Source: a virus (lineage: Duplodnaviria; Caudoviricetes). Taken from it: a stretch of 56,005 nucleotides of DNA. A model generated the notes under the pieces. It was given only the letters and a program-made list of their open reading frames with translations, ran no database searches and was not told the DNA's origin. The position numbers and the translations under genes were made by a program. The DNA lies in IMG/VR virus record IMGVR_UViG_3300027971_000061, positions 1-56,005 of that record. One strand, given 5' to 3'. How positions within the stretch are numbered: the stretch's first letter is position 1; each line of letters starts with the position of its first letter. This document shows, in pieces, positions 6,825 through 17,580 of this stretch.

Positions 6825-8257
6825 GCGAGGTCATAGAGCAGGACGTGCTGGACATCCTTGCTGACCCGCAGATCAGGAAGAGCCTAGGCCCCTACCACGC
6901 TATGGCATACGCCAGACGGGCTAAATGGCTCTCAGGCGCCTTCAATCACCAGAAGCTACCCCAAGGTACGTATTGGTCTATTTGGCTCATGCTCGCAGGC
7001 CGTGGCGCCGGTAAAACTAGGACAGCCGCGGAGCAACTTTGGTGGTGGGCGTGGGAGAACCCGAACACCCGCTGGCTGGTCTCCGCCCCTACGTCTATGG
7101 ACGTCCGCGGTACGTGCTTTGAGGGTGAGTCAGGACTTATGGCTGTGATTCCCGAGATCCTGATCAGGGACTACAACAAAGCCCTGCACGAGATTGTGCT
7201 GATCAACGGGAGCCTGATTAAAGGCATCTCGGCGTCAGAGCCTGATCGTTTCCGCGGTGGTCAGTACCATGGGGCTTGGTTAGATGAGCTTGCCGCTTGG
7301 GATTATCTTGACGAAGCTTGGTACAACATACAGTTCGCCGTCCGTCTTAAGAAGGCTGATGGCAGGACACAGATCATTGTTACGACTACCCCACGTCCCA
7401 AAGACCTGATCGTAGAGCTTGTAGGCAGGGAAGGAGACGACGTAGCCCTGACGACGGCATCTACCTATGTGAACCTAGCTAACCTCGCTCCAAGCTTTCA
7501 GAAGCAGATCCTAAGCTATGAAGGAACCACCATAGGGAGGCAGGAGATCCACGCAGAGCTGATAGACCCAGAAGAGTCAGGGATCGTCAAGCGCGACATG
7601 TTCAAGCTGTGGGCGCCAAACAAGCCGTTCCCAAAGTTCGAGTACATCATCCAGTCATACGACTGCGCAACCTCAGAGAAGACTGTCAACGATCCGACCG
7701 CGGCTATCACGTTTGGGGTGTTCAAGCCACTGGATGGCGCTATGTCAGCCATGGTGATCGACTGCTGGCAGGACAGGCTCCAATACCCAGACCTGCGCCC
7801 CAAGGTGATCGAGGAGTACGACGTGGTCTACGGTGAGGGCAAGGACAAGAAGCGCGTAGACCTGATCCTCGTAGAGGACAAGTCCGCAGGGATCTCCCTG
7901 ATCCAAGACTTACAGCGTGCGCACATGCCAGTGAGGGCGTACAACCCCGGTCGCGCTGACAAGCTTCAGCGCCTCAACATTGTGTCCAACATCATCGCCG
8001 CTGGGCGTGTATGGATCCCTGAGAGCAGTGTCAGGAAGGGTTACGTCAAGGACTGGGCTGAGGGCATGGTCAGCCAGATCTGTAGCTTCCCTGACTCGAC
8101 GCACGACGACTTCGTGGACGCCTGCACCCAAGGCTTGAGGTTCCTACGTGATGCTGGGTGGCTAGACATCGATGGCGCCCCACGGGACGACTATGACGAC
8201 GACGACTATGCGGATAGCGGTATGGCTAAGAAGCGCGAGAACCCATATGCCGCATAA
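6821..8257 (+). CDS. terL: Terminase large subunit
   Basis: Walker A GRGAGKT, Walker B WLDE, TTTP motif and nuclease HDDFVDA. Confidence 0.97.
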   Translation: MSEVIEQDVLDILADPQIRKSLGPYHAMAYARRAKWLSGAFNHQKLPQGTYWSIWLMLAGRGAGKTRTAAEQLWWWAWENPNTRWLVSAPTSMDVRGTCFEGESGLMAVIPEILIRDYNKALHEIVLINGSLIKGISASEPDRFRGGQYHGAWLDELAAWDYLDEAWYNIQFAVRLKKADGRTQIIVTTTPRPKDLIVELVGREGDDVALTTASTYVNLANLAPSFQKQILSYEGTTIGRQEIHAELIDPEESGIVKRDMFKLWAPNKPFPKFEYIIQSYDCATSEKTVNDPTAAITFGVFKPLDGAMSAMVIDCWQDRLQYPDLRPKVIEEYDVVYGEGKDKKRVDLILVEDKSAGISLIQDLQRAHMPVRAYNPGRADKLQRLNIVSNIIAAGRVWIPESSVRKGYVKDWAEGMVSQICSFPDSTHDDFVDACTQGLRFLRDAGWLDIDGAPRDDYDDDDYADSGMAKKRENPYAA

Positions 8258-8900
8258 GGTGGGAGTCATCATTCCCACATATAGAAGACCAGACCTACTG
8301 CGTCAGGCAGTGCTCCAGTGGATCGTTCAGACCGTCAAGCCTGATGTGCTGTGCATCCACCAGAACGGTAGTGAGGAGAGCTACGAGTGGGTGATCGAGG
8401 ATCTCAAGCCTCTGATCGAGATCAAGTGGATCCACGTACCTAACACGATCAAGCAACACCTGTGGTACGCGCTACCCCTGAGCCAGCTTCTTGGGGAAGG
8501 GTGCGACGTGTTCCTGTGGGCAGATCACGACGACATCTACTACCGTGACCATGTGGAGAAGAAGCTTGCCGCCTTGGAAGGGCACGACATGACGCTGTCC
8601 GACACCTGTGGGGTGCTGTTCCTTAAACCGCACGACTACAAGTACCAGAGACCTGAGAAGTTTACGGCACACGCCCCCGGGGGTATGTCCTCCTCCACCG
8701 CCTTTGGCAAGAACTTCGCGCTGGCGCTTATGCTCGACTTGGTGACTGACGAGGAGTTCTACTACTCTGACAACGTGCTGGCGTACACAACCATGCCCAA
8801 GCACGACGTCCATGTGACTCAGGACGTGACCACGGTGTACGTCTCCCACAAGGGATCGCACAGCTCTGGGCACTGGGCTGAGAATGTTTTGGGATCGTAG
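8247..8900 (+). CDS. Glycosyltransferase family 2-like protein
   Basis: MPHKVGVIIPTYRRPDLL N-terminus and ADHDD (DxD) motif. Confidence 0.85.
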   Translation: MPHKVGVIIPTYRRPDLLRQAVLQWIVQTVKPDVLCIHQNGSEESYEWVIEDLKPLIEIKWIHVPNTIKQHLWYALPLSQLLGEGCDVFLWADHDDIYYRDHVEKKLAALEGHDMTLSDTCGVLFLKPHDYKYQRPEKFTAHAPGGMSSSTAFGKNFALALMLDLVTDEEFYYSDNVLAYTTMPKHDVHVTQDVTTVYVSHKGSHSSGHWAENVLGS

Positions 8901-8926
8901 ACACAGCATGAGCACCAAGGTATCAT
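8898..8926 (+). promoter_or_regulatory. Putative sigma70 promoter
   Basis: TAGACA-N17-TATCAT upstream of 8957. Confidence 0.55.
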
Positions 8927-8956
8927 TAGGGCAACAGCAACTCAGCAGGGTAAGCC

Positions 8957-11900
8957 ATGGCTGATCTAAACAAACCAGCGTTCTATCCCCGTGTTGGGAA
9001 CATCACCCCTAGACCTCGTGCGCCGTTGGCTCAGACTGAGGTGAGGGAGCAACCCCTTGACCCCATCATGCGGGTGTTCAAGGATCTGATGGACAGATCG
9101 TCTGCCCTGCTTGACAAGTCCAAGGTCTCCCCCTTTGACGTGACCAAGGGTCTGATCAGCGCTATCCCGTTTGAAGGTGAGCGCTTTGCTAAGGACTTTG
9201 ACAAGTCAACCATGCCAATCCCTACTGGGTTTGGTCTACTTCCAAAGGTCTCACCCCAAGGTATAGACACCAGCGAGATGGGTATGCAGTCCGTGCGCGT
9301 TCCAACAAAGGAAGCACTAAACGAGCTGAAGTGGTCTGACTTGGTCGGTACGGCTGGCGCTTCCCGTATGTTCGAGGCGTTAGGTCAGAACAGAACCCCT
9401 GAGTTCTTTGACACGCTTGACGCCACAATGCTAGGTCTAGGTGGTCTGAGCGCCGCTAGAGCCGCTCCAAAGGTCGCTAAGGCTGTTGGTGAGGGTGCTA
9501 AGACTGTAGGCATGGGTGGACTTGAGATGATCGACCGCGGCATGTTTGGGGAAGGCCCCTTGCGTAACTTCGTCCCCCAGCACAAGTTTGTTGTCAAGCC
9601 CAAGGGTGGGAACTGGTTTGACGACAACTTGAATAGGTCAGTCCAAGATTTAAAGAAGAGTGATAGAGGCATTCCGTTTTCTAACGAAGATGTAACGTAT
9701 CTTGAAGGTGAGATAGAGCGTTTACAAAGTGGTAATCTTCAAAACGAGATGGTGCAGGACAACATCCGAAGATTGCAAGGCGACTTAGCCCTGAACAAAC
9801 AGGAGTCAGCGCTAAACAATTGGCTTGAGAACACATACAAAAACTACGTCAAGAACGAGATGGCGACACCTGAAGACAGGGTGCGCAAGATGTTTGACCG
9901 TCGTACAGAAGACGTAGAGAAGCTAGAAGCTAAGTACGAGAAAGACATCACCAAGCTGGAAACGAAGCTGGCAAATGCTAAAGCTCAACCACAAAGCAGG
10001 GAGAGAGACCAAGCGATTGCTTACCTTGAGCGCGACATTGAAAACAAGATTCAAGATTTAAACTTTGATGTTGGTACTGCTGAAAAAACCATTGGTCACA
10101 TTAGGTATTTAGAGAACGAAGCAAGACACCCAGCACACGGAGTGACAAGCGTACGTGAGGATAGAGGTTTCCCGACTGAAGGATTGGCTACCTCCACCAT
10201 TGGCAAGGGCTGGGAAAACTTAACAGATAGTTTGCTTGGTATGAAGAAGGCTGGTCGCATAGGAAGGTTGCCTGAAACCGTAGAGCGCTACCCATGGCTT
10301 GAGAAGGTTGATCCAGAATCCATGGTCTACAAAACAATGAGCGACTTAAACAAGGATACAGGTATTGATCATGTTTTAGACGTACTACGTCAAGACGTGC
10401 GCTCTGGTGCTATTACCCCTGAGCAGTTAAGCAAAATAACAATGGATCAGGCTATTGAGCGCACCGCTAACTTTGACCGTGCGGCGGCTGTAAAGATGCG
10501 TAAGACTGCCATTCAAAACACTGAAGGCTTCCCTACCTACAAGGCATACCCAGAAGGATACAAATGGATTGAGTTGGCTCCACCAAAGGAACTGCCTGCT
10601 GGGTATAAAGTGATTAAAAGCGACATAGGTGAAGGTTTCAAAGTTGTAGACGCTGATGGAAATGACGCGGTATCAACAGCTTCGCGCCCAACAAACAACA
10701 TGGGGCATACAAACATACCGTTTCACAAGACTGAAGAGGAAGCAATTGCTGACGCACTAAAGTACGACAAGCGTTTAGAAAAAGCTCTTAAGTACGAAGG
10801 CGACACCATGGGTCACTGCGTCGGTGGTTACTGCCCTGATGTGCAGGAAGGACGAACCAGAATATTCAGTTTGCGCGACAGGCGTGGTGAACCTCATGTA
10901 ACGGTCGAAGTAAAACCGCAACAACATTTGGATTACAACACTTGGTTTAATAAACAGCCAGAAGAAGTTCAAAACAGAATTGCCCAACGAAGAATACAAG
11001 ACAAAAATCACGACATATACGAAGGCCCAGAATATCTCGCCGCCCGTGAAGCGTTATCACCTTTAATTTACCAAGTTAAAGGTAAGCAGAACGCTCGTCC
11101 GATTGAGAAGTACGATCCTTACACGCAGGATTTTGTTAGAAGCGGTAACTGGGACATCATTGGAGATTTTGAAAACACTGGTTTGTACAAAGCTGACCCC
11201 AATGAACTGGGCATGTATTTGCCTATGGCTGAAGACCTCAAAGACTTGCCAGTTAAGCGCTCTGACCTGCTTACCCGTGCCCAGCAAGCAGGCTTGTTTC
11301 CAGAAGGGCAGAAGTACCTCAACCGCAGTGAATGGGAAGACATCCTGCGCAAGCAATACCAAGCCGAGAACCCACCTAAGCCTGACGTTCCACCAGATCT
11401 TGAGGGCATGAAGCGTGGGGGTGTGGTCATCTCCAACAACCCAGACACCATGATGATGGAGCTAGGCAATCAAAAGTTTGGTATTGGTGGTCTTGCCACG
11501 GTAGCTAAAAACGCTAAGAAGGTAGCTGAGCCTATGAAAGCCTCTGAGGCGCTAGGCAAGATTGAAGGTCGCCCACTGAAGATTACGCAGTCTGACCGCA
11601 CGAAGGTTGGCGGCGGCTACTTGGGAGGCCCCGGCTTCTCGAGCCTTCAGCTTACCGAACCCGAGTACCGTGCGGCTGAGGCGGCATGGGGCGTTCAAAA
11701 CGCAGGCACAGCTAAGACTATCCTTGGTGGTGGTAAGAAGGGTGACGACGCCGTTTATGCGGCTATGATTGGTACACCTACCCAGCACCAGTCCAACCAG
11801 ATGGTGTTTGACAAGCTGTACGGTGACTTTAGGAAAGCCGCTAAGCGTGGTGAGTTAACACCTGAACTGCGCGACTTAATCAATACACGCCTAGCCGCGT

Positions 11901-12457
11901 CCGTTGACAACAAGGGTAATCCTGTATTCCCTGCGGATGTTGACATCATGGACAAGAATTTTAAGAACATAGCTGACACGTTCAGTCGTCGCTCTATAGC
12001 TGGTCACTTGATGGGTGGTGTACAGGTAGGCGGTAAGAAAGGTCAGATCATTGACTACGACAAGATCATCCGCAACACAACCGACCCAGCCTTGATAGAT
12101 CAACCTACTGGTGCATTAGGTAATCGTCTGTTTACACTCAGTGGCGGCATTATTGATCGCCCTGACTTACACCCAGCGTTCCCAACCATCCTGCAAGGTG
12201 AGGACTTAGGTCTGACGTTTAGCCCTGTGGAGCGCAACCTTGTCATGAAGGACTTTGTTGATAAGACCATGCGCGAGAAGGGCAGGAAGCCGGGCTACAT
12301 GGACTACACCCGCGGCAACCCACCCACACAGTTGATCACCGAAGACATCCTGACCGAGTTGCAGAAGCTCGGTCTTAAGAAGGGTGGAGCTGTCCACAAA
12401 GCCGAAGGCGGTGAAGTAACTGGCGACGACCTAATCCTTGAAGAGAGACCACTATGA
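8957..12457 (+). CDS. Large polyvalent/internal virion protein with PcfJ-like domain
   Basis: EGDTMGHCVGGY...IFSLRD...HVTVEV (PcfJ-like motif) and several xxxGG motifs; lies between terminase and portal. Confidence 0.75.
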   Translation: MADLNKPAFYPRVGNITPRPRAPLAQTEVREQPLDPIMRVFKDLMDRSSALLDKSKVSPFDVTKGLISAIPFEGERFAKDFDKSTMPIPTGFGLLPKVSPQGIDTSEMGMQSVRVPTKEALNELKWSDLVGTAGASRMFEALGQNRTPEFFDTLDATMLGLGGLSAARAAPKVAKAVGEGAKTVGMGGLEMIDRGMFGEGPLRNFVPQHKFVVKPKGGNWFDDNLNRSVQDLKKSDRGIPFSNEDVTYLEGEIERLQSGNLQNEMVQDNIRRLQGDLALNKQESALNNWLENTYKNYVKNEMATPEDRVRKMFDRRTEDVEKLEAKYEKDITKLETKLANAKAQPQSRERDQAIAYLERDIENKIQDLNFDVGTAEKTIGHIRYLENEARHPAHGVTSVREDRGFPTEGLATSTIGKGWENLTDSLLGMKKAGRIGRLPETVERYPWLEKVDPESMVYKTMSDLNKDTGIDHVLDVLRQDVRSGAITPEQLSKITMDQAIERTANFDRAAAVKMRKTAIQNTEGFPTYKAYPEGYKWIELAPPKELPAGYKVIKSDIGEGFKVVDADGNDAVSTASRPTNNMGHTNIPFHKTEEEAIADALKYDKRLEKALKYEGDTMGHCVGGYCPDVQEGRTRIFSLRDRRGEPHVTVEVKPQQHLDYNTWFNKQPEEVQNRIAQRRIQDKNHDIYEGPEYLAAREALSPLIYQVKGKQNARPIEKYDPYTQDFVRSGNWDIIGDFENTGLYKADPNELGMYLPMAEDLKDLPVKRSDLLTRAQQAGLFPEGQKYLNRSEWEDILRKQYQAENPPKPDVPPDLEGMKRGGVVISNNPDTMMMELGNQKFGIGGLATVAKNAKKVAEPMKASEALGKIEGRPLKITQSDRTKVGGGYLGGPGFSSLQLTEPEYRAAEAAWGVQNAGTAKTILGGGKKGDDAVYAAMIGTPTQHQSNQMVFDKLYGDFRKAAKRGELTPELRDLINTRLAASVDNKGNPVFPADVDIMDKNFKNIADTFSRRSIAGHLMGGVQVGGKKGQIIDYDKIIRNTTDPALIDQPTGALGNRLFTLSGGIIDRPDLHPAFPTILQGEDLGLTFSPVERNLVMKDFVDKTMREKGRKPGYMDYTRGNPPTQLITEDILTELQKLGLKKGGAVHKAEGGEVTGDDLILEERPL

Positions 12458-15018
12458 GCCTTGTCAAATTAGGTGGGTTAGGCGCTAAAGCCGCTAAAAA
12501 GACTGCACCCTTTTACTCTTTCGTAGATGAGACGTTGGCTAACCTGAAGCGTAACAAGGGTACAGGCGCTGAGTTCCTAACCGAAGTCATGAAGACCAAG
12601 GGTGTCAAACCCGCGGAGATCGCTGATCGTAAGCTTGAGCAGGCGTTCAAGGACAAGGGCAAGATGACGAAGCAAGAGGCTCAGCAAATCTTAGCCGATA
12701 ACCCTCCGCCAAAGGTTCAAGAGCGTGTGCTTGAAGATTTGGATGATGATGCGCGCAAAGCGTTGATCGACGATAAGATGGAAATTTATGGGTACGATCG
12801 TTACAGTGAAGTTCCAAGAGACGTAATGCGTCAATGGAATGATGAGATTGATGCTGACGCCGTAAAGTACAACGATTCCGATTACGTAAGCAAAGGTGGT
12901 AGCAACTACCGCGAAATCCTGCTCAAGTTACCGCAGTCTTATACAGAAAAAGATTTTCAACGTTTGTTGATGCTAGAGGCAGAACAACGACGTGGTGACT
13001 TGACCCCTGCGCAAATTAAAGAGATGGCAGATTTGCAGGCAAAGAAGCAGACAGCCGCATCCAACTACTCATCTGGTCATTGGGATGATCCAAACGTGTT
13101 AGCTCACATGCGTGTACAGGATAGAATGATCGCTCAGCCCCCACAAAAGGGCTTTTACGTTGTCAACAATACGTCTGGCAGACGATCAGATATGTTTGAT
13201 ACCCCTGAACAGTTGCAGGCGTATGTTGAAACTTTGCCTGAAAGCATTCGCAACAACGTGACTATGGCTCAGGGTGAACGCAAGGTTCCGCCGAGGAAGG
13301 TCTTGCAAGTTGAAGAGATCCAGTCTGACTGGCATCAGGCGGGACGCAAGAAAGGTTACGCATCTGAGGAAAATCCAATGCGTATGACTGGCGAGGCTAT
13401 ACCTCTTGGCGACAAAACCTACGGAGTTAGGTGGCAGGATGGCTCTGTAGATACGCTTGGTTACGGAAAACATCATGCTGAAACAATTGCCCAAGAAGGC
13501 AAGTTGACTGGCGTTGTTCCTGACGCGCCATTCAAAAAGAACTGGCACGAGCTGGCAATGAAGCGCTTGTTAAACTACGCGGCTGATAAAGGTTATGACG
13601 GCATAGCAATCACGCCCGGCTCTGAGCACTTTAAGCGCTATGGTAGTGAGCGCATTGATTGGAAGAAGAGCGATGACGGTTGGATTGTTGGAGCCAAAGA
13701 GCAGACTGGTGGACGCCACGAAGGTCGAGACCTTGAAGAGATTGCCCGTGATCGAGGCATTTTGCTCGAGCGAAGCGGTGACCCAGTTAAGTCTAAAGAA
13801 GACCTGTATCGAATTGTTAACACAGTACTGAATCGCGAAAACAACCCAGAGCAGGTCAATAAGCTTACAAATCGCATTTGGGATCGTATGCAGACAGAAG
13901 CAGAAGGCACATCCTTACCCCGCAAGGAAGGCATGGAAGGCTTCTACGACAAGATGCTGACGGACTACCTGAACAGCTACGGTGATAAATACGGCGCTCA
14001 GGTTCAAATGCGTCAGGTTGCGGCTACGCCTGAAGCTATGGAAAAGAAGTTCAATCTCAATCCTAATACTTTGCCTGACATGAACGCAGAACAGGCTACT
14101 GACTACAACAAGATCCTACAAGGCTTTGGCAACACACAACTGTCTGACGTGCACTACTTTCCCATCACGCAACCTATGCGTGAGTCCATCAAGCAAAAGG
14201 GCTTACCCCTGTACCAACAGGTTGGCATCCCAACTGCTGGCGCTGGTGCGGCTTCTCAAGCGCTACAACCTGAAGAAGAGTTAGGCTTGTCTGGTGGTGG
14301 GTCTGTTGCCAAGCTGGCGGCGCTTGCCAAGATGAAGAAACTCAAGGAGGAGATGGCACCTCGTGCAGAAGCTGTTAAGAACATAATTACCAGAGATCAG
14401 AATAGCTATTTGCGTGACGTTGTCCCTAACTCGCTGACCAATCCTGAGATTGAGGCTGAGATCAAGCGCATGGCGGCTAAAGCCAGAGCCGCTGAGAGCG
14501 ACGCTAAACTTGCTAAGTTCCTCGAGGAAAGCAAAGTCAAAGATCGTCTGTATCATGGAACTAACAAAGATATATCGTTTTACGATAAATCAAAACTGGG
14601 GGCAAACCCAGAAACCGCACACCAAACATCTCAATTGGGATTTTTCTTAACAAGTTCACCTGAAGAAGCATCAGCTTACGCAGGCAAAAGAAAAGGCGCA
14701 AATGTTCAACCATTACACGCCGCCATCAAAAACCCATATGAGACAACGTGGGATAACATCCATGAGATAGATGGTTATGAATTGCAACAAAAATTAAAAG
14801 GTCTTGGTTATGACGGCGTTGTAATTAAAGACAAGGGCGCTCCTGACAACTATGTTGCATTTGAACCTACACAAATCAAGTCAGCTACAGGCAATCGCGG
14901 TACATTTGATCCGCTTGAACCTGAAGTTAATAAGGCAAAAGGCGGCAAGGTTACAATGGCCAAGAACCGCGACGCAATGTTCATGGAACTGAGCAACAAG
15001 AAGCTCAAAAGGAAATAA
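12454..15018 (+). CDS. Large polyvalent protein with C-terminal ADP-ribosyltransferase-like domain
   Basis: LYHGT...GFFLTSSPEEASAYA...GYDGVVI...YVAFEPTQIKS (ART of polyvalent proteins), plus a central EEIQSDWHQ domain. Confidence 0.75.
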   Translation: MSLVKLGGLGAKAAKKTAPFYSFVDETLANLKRNKGTGAEFLTEVMKTKGVKPAEIADRKLEQAFKDKGKMTKQEAQQILADNPPPKVQERVLEDLDDDARKALIDDKMEIYGYDRYSEVPRDVMRQWNDEIDADAVKYNDSDYVSKGGSNYREILLKLPQSYTEKDFQRLLMLEAEQRRGDLTPAQIKEMADLQAKKQTAASNYSSGHWDDPNVLAHMRVQDRMIAQPPQKGFYVVNNTSGRRSDMFDTPEQLQAYVETLPESIRNNVTMAQGERKVPPRKVLQVEEIQSDWHQAGRKKGYASEENPMRMTGEAIPLGDKTYGVRWQDGSVDTLGYGKHHAETIAQEGKLTGVVPDAPFKKNWHELAMKRLLNYAADKGYDGIAITPGSEHFKRYGSERIDWKKSDDGWIVGAKEQTGGRHEGRDLEEIARDRGILLERSGDPVKSKEDLYRIVNTVLNRENNPEQVNKLTNRIWDRMQTEAEGTSLPRKEGMEGFYDKMLTDYLNSYGDKYGAQVQMRQVAATPEAMEKKFNLNPNTLPDMNAEQATDYNKILQGFGNTQLSDVHYFPITQPMRESIKQKGLPLYQQVGIPTAGAGAASQALQPEEELGLSGGGSVAKLAALAKMKKLKEEMAPRAEAVKNIITRDQNSYLRDVVPNSLTNPEIEAEIKRMAAKARAAESDAKLAKFLEESKVKDRLYHGTNKDISFYDKSKLGANPETAHQTSQLGFFLTSSPEEASAYAGKRKGANVQPLHAAIKNPYETTWDNIHEIDGYELQQKLKGLGYDGVVIKDKGAPDNYVAFEPTQIKSATGNRGTFDPLEPEVNKAKGGKVTMAKNRDAMFMELSNKKLKRK

Positions 15019-15021
15019 GCT

Positions 15022-17580
15022 ATGGCGACACAATTCCCACAAGATCCTAACGCTGGTCGTTTTATCGATGGGTTAAAAGACCAGCAGGTTAATGCTGACG
15101 AAGGCATGGAGTTTGAAATGCCTGATGACGACCAAGAGATCGAGGAGCTACCTGACGGTTCTGCCATTGTGCGTATGCCAACCAAGGGGCCCATGGAGGA
15201 CGAGGACTTCTACCAAAACTTGTCTGACGTGCTTGACCCATATGACCTAAACAAAATCGCTCTGCGCTACATGGACTTGGTCGAGAACGATAAGAAGTCT
15301 CGTGAGGAGCGCGATAAGAAGTACGAAGAAGGACTGCGCCGTACGGGCATGGGCAATGACGCCCCCGGGGGTGCCACCTTCATGGGTGCCAGCAAGGTTG
15401 TTCACCCTGTCATGGCTGAAGCCTGCGTAGACTTCGCCTCTCGCGCTATCAAGGAGATGTTCCCACCAGATGGCCCTACCCGCACGAAGATTTTGGGTAA
15501 GGTTGACGAGGACAAGATCAGCAAAGCTGAGCGCAAGCGCGACTTCATGAACTGGCAGTTGACTGAGCAGATTGAAGAGTTTCGCGACGAGCAGGAACAG
15601 CTCTTGACTCAGCTCCCCTTGGGTGGCTCACAGTACATGAAGCTCTGGTACGACGACAAGAAGAAGCGTCCTTGTGCTGAGTTCATGCCCATCGACAACA
15701 TCTTGCTACCCTTTGCCGCGGCTAACTTCTACACAGCCCAGCGCGTCACTGAGATGCAGACTCTGACTGAGTGGGAGTTCAAGAACCGCATTCGCTCAGG
15801 CTTGTACCGTGACATCGACCTGATCCGCGTAAGCGCTGAACCAGAGGAAACTCACTCTGAGAAGGCAAACAACAAGATTGAAGGTCGTAAGTTCGAGGAC
15901 AACGAAGACGGACTGCGCAAGGTTTATCACATCTACACATGGTTAGAGCTCGATGACGACCCACTGACAGATGGCGAGTCAGCTCCCTACATCTTGATGG
16001 TTGACGAGCACGAGAATGAGTGCGTTGGTCTCTACCGTAACTGGGAAGAGGGCGACGAGACCATGACTAAGCTCGATTGGCTAGTCGAGTTCAAGTTCAT
16101 TCCATGGCGTGGCGCCTATGCTATTGGTCTGCCACAGCTCATAGGAGGGCTGTCAGCGGCTCTTACAGGGTCGCTACGCGCTTTGCTGGACTCTGCCCAT
16201 ATCAACAATGCGGCAACCATGCTAAAGCTCAAGGGAGCGAAGATTTCTGGTCAGTCCCAACAGGTCGACGTGACGCAGGTTTGTGAGATTGAAGGGATGC
16301 CCGGTGTGGACGACATCCGCAAGATCGCCATGCCTATGCCTTTCAACCCCCCTTCCCCTGTCTTATTTTCGCTTTTGGGCTGGTTAGACAGTGCGGCTAA
16401 AGGTGTTGTGACCACCGCAGAGGAAAAGATCGCTGACGTGAACTCTAACACCCCAGTTGGAACCACCCAAGCTCTGATCGAGCAGGGAGCCGCGGTGTTC
16501 TCCGCCATCCATGCACGTCTGCACGAGTCACAAGGTCGTGTTTTGAAGATCCTTGGTCGCTTGAATCGTTGGTACATCGACGAGCAACGCAAGGGTGAAG
16601 TTGTCGCTGACCTTGAAATCAGCAAGGAAGACTTCGCATCTAACACAGACGTGATCCCAGTCTCTGATCCACACATCTTCTCTGAGACTCAGCGCATGGC
16701 GCAGACTCAAGCGGTGATGGCGTTGATGGACAAGAACCCAGATCTGTTCAACCGCAAGGTGGTGCTGGAGAGGTTCTTGAAGCAGATCAAGGTGCCCGGC
16801 ATCAACGAGCTAATGAAAGACGTCCCCAACCCCGAAGAGCGCCCAGTCGCAGACGAAAACGTCGCTATGGCTCTTGGTCAGATGGGTTTTGCCTTCATTG
16901 ATCAAGACCACTTGGCTCACATTCAGGGTCACTTGGACTTTGCCAAGGATCCAGCCTTTGGTGCTAACCCTATGATCGCGCCAGCCTTCATCCCACAGAT
17001 GATGGAGCACGTCAAACAGCACATCACCCTGTGGTACTTGAAGCGCATGAACGGTTATGTGACCAAGTCCACTGGTAAACAACAAGCTGACTACGCTAAT
17101 CCGAAGTTCACAGCCGAGATTGACAAGATATACGCCTTGGCATCTCAGCACGTCGCTATGGACAGCGAGAAGGCGTTCAAGGGCGTTATGCCTGTGATCC
17201 AGCAGATGATGCAAATGATGCAACAGAGCAAGGGTCAAGCGCCTTTGCCACCCGAAGCTCAGGTTCTCATGCAGACAAGCATGGCAGAGACCCAGCGCCG
17301 TGCCGCAAAAGACCAAGCCGACCTCCAGTTGGCAGATAAACGCCTCATGCAAGAAGGTCAAGAGTCTGCCGCACGGATGCAAATGGAGATGGAAAAGCAA
17401 CAACAGTCAGACAGCGTCAAAATGTCGACCAATTCTGCTGACAACCTGACCAAAGAACGTATTGAATCTGCAAAACTGACGCGAGACGCGGCTAAATTGC
17501 AAAACGAGCAGGCTCAAACTGCACTGGAGCTTCAAAAAGAAGCACAACAAACCCTAGGAGATCGAAATGGCTACATCTAA
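15022..17580 (+). CDS. Portal protein
   Basis: 852 aa with HPVMAEA, GLPQLIG and PVGTTQALIE segments and a Q-rich coiled-coil barrel at the C-terminus; position in the head module. Confidence 0.88.
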   Translation: MATQFPQDPNAGRFIDGLKDQQVNADEGMEFEMPDDDQEIEELPDGSAIVRMPTKGPMEDEDFYQNLSDVLDPYDLNKIALRYMDLVENDKKSREERDKKYEEGLRRTGMGNDAPGGATFMGASKVVHPVMAEACVDFASRAIKEMFPPDGPTRTKILGKVDEDKISKAERKRDFMNWQLTEQIEEFRDEQEQLLTQLPLGGSQYMKLWYDDKKKRPCAEFMPIDNILLPFAAANFYTAQRVTEMQTLTEWEFKNRIRSGLYRDIDLIRVSAEPEETHSEKANNKIEGRKFEDNEDGLRKVYHIYTWLELDDDPLTDGESAPYILMVDEHENECVGLYRNWEEGDETMTKLDWLVEFKFIPWRGAYAIGLPQLIGGLSAALTGSLRALLDSAHINNAATMLKLKGAKISGQSQQVDVTQVCEIEGMPGVDDIRKIAMPMPFNPPSPVLFSLLGWLDSAAKGVVTTAEEKIADVNSNTPVGTTQALIEQGAAVFSAIHARLHESQGRVLKILGRLNRWYIDEQRKGEVVADLEISKEDFASNTDVIPVSDPHIFSETQRMAQTQAVMALMDKNPDLFNRKVVLERFLKQIKVPGINELMKDVPNPEERPVADENVAMALGQMGFAFIDQDHLAHIQGHLDFAKDPAFGANPMIAPAFIPQMMEHVKQHITLWYLKRMNGYVTKSTGKQQADYANPKFTAEIDKIYALASQHVAMDSEKAFKGVMPVIQQMMQMMQQSKGQAPLPPEAQVLMQTSMAETQRRAAKDQADLQLADKRLMQEGQESAARMQMEMEKQQQSDSVKMSTNSADNLTKERIESAKLTRDAAKLQNEQAQTALELQKEAQQTLGDRNGYI

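Noticed and set aside
8172-8246. N-terminal extension (MAPHGTTMTTTT) of the GT2 ORF
   Set aside because: Shadow of the acidic TerL tail; the GT2 fold starts at MPHKVGVIIPTY.
15779-17403. Numerous 60-200 aa antisense ORFs within the portal and other structural genes
   Set aside because: Expected antisense shadows of codon-biased genes, with no motifs or translation signals.
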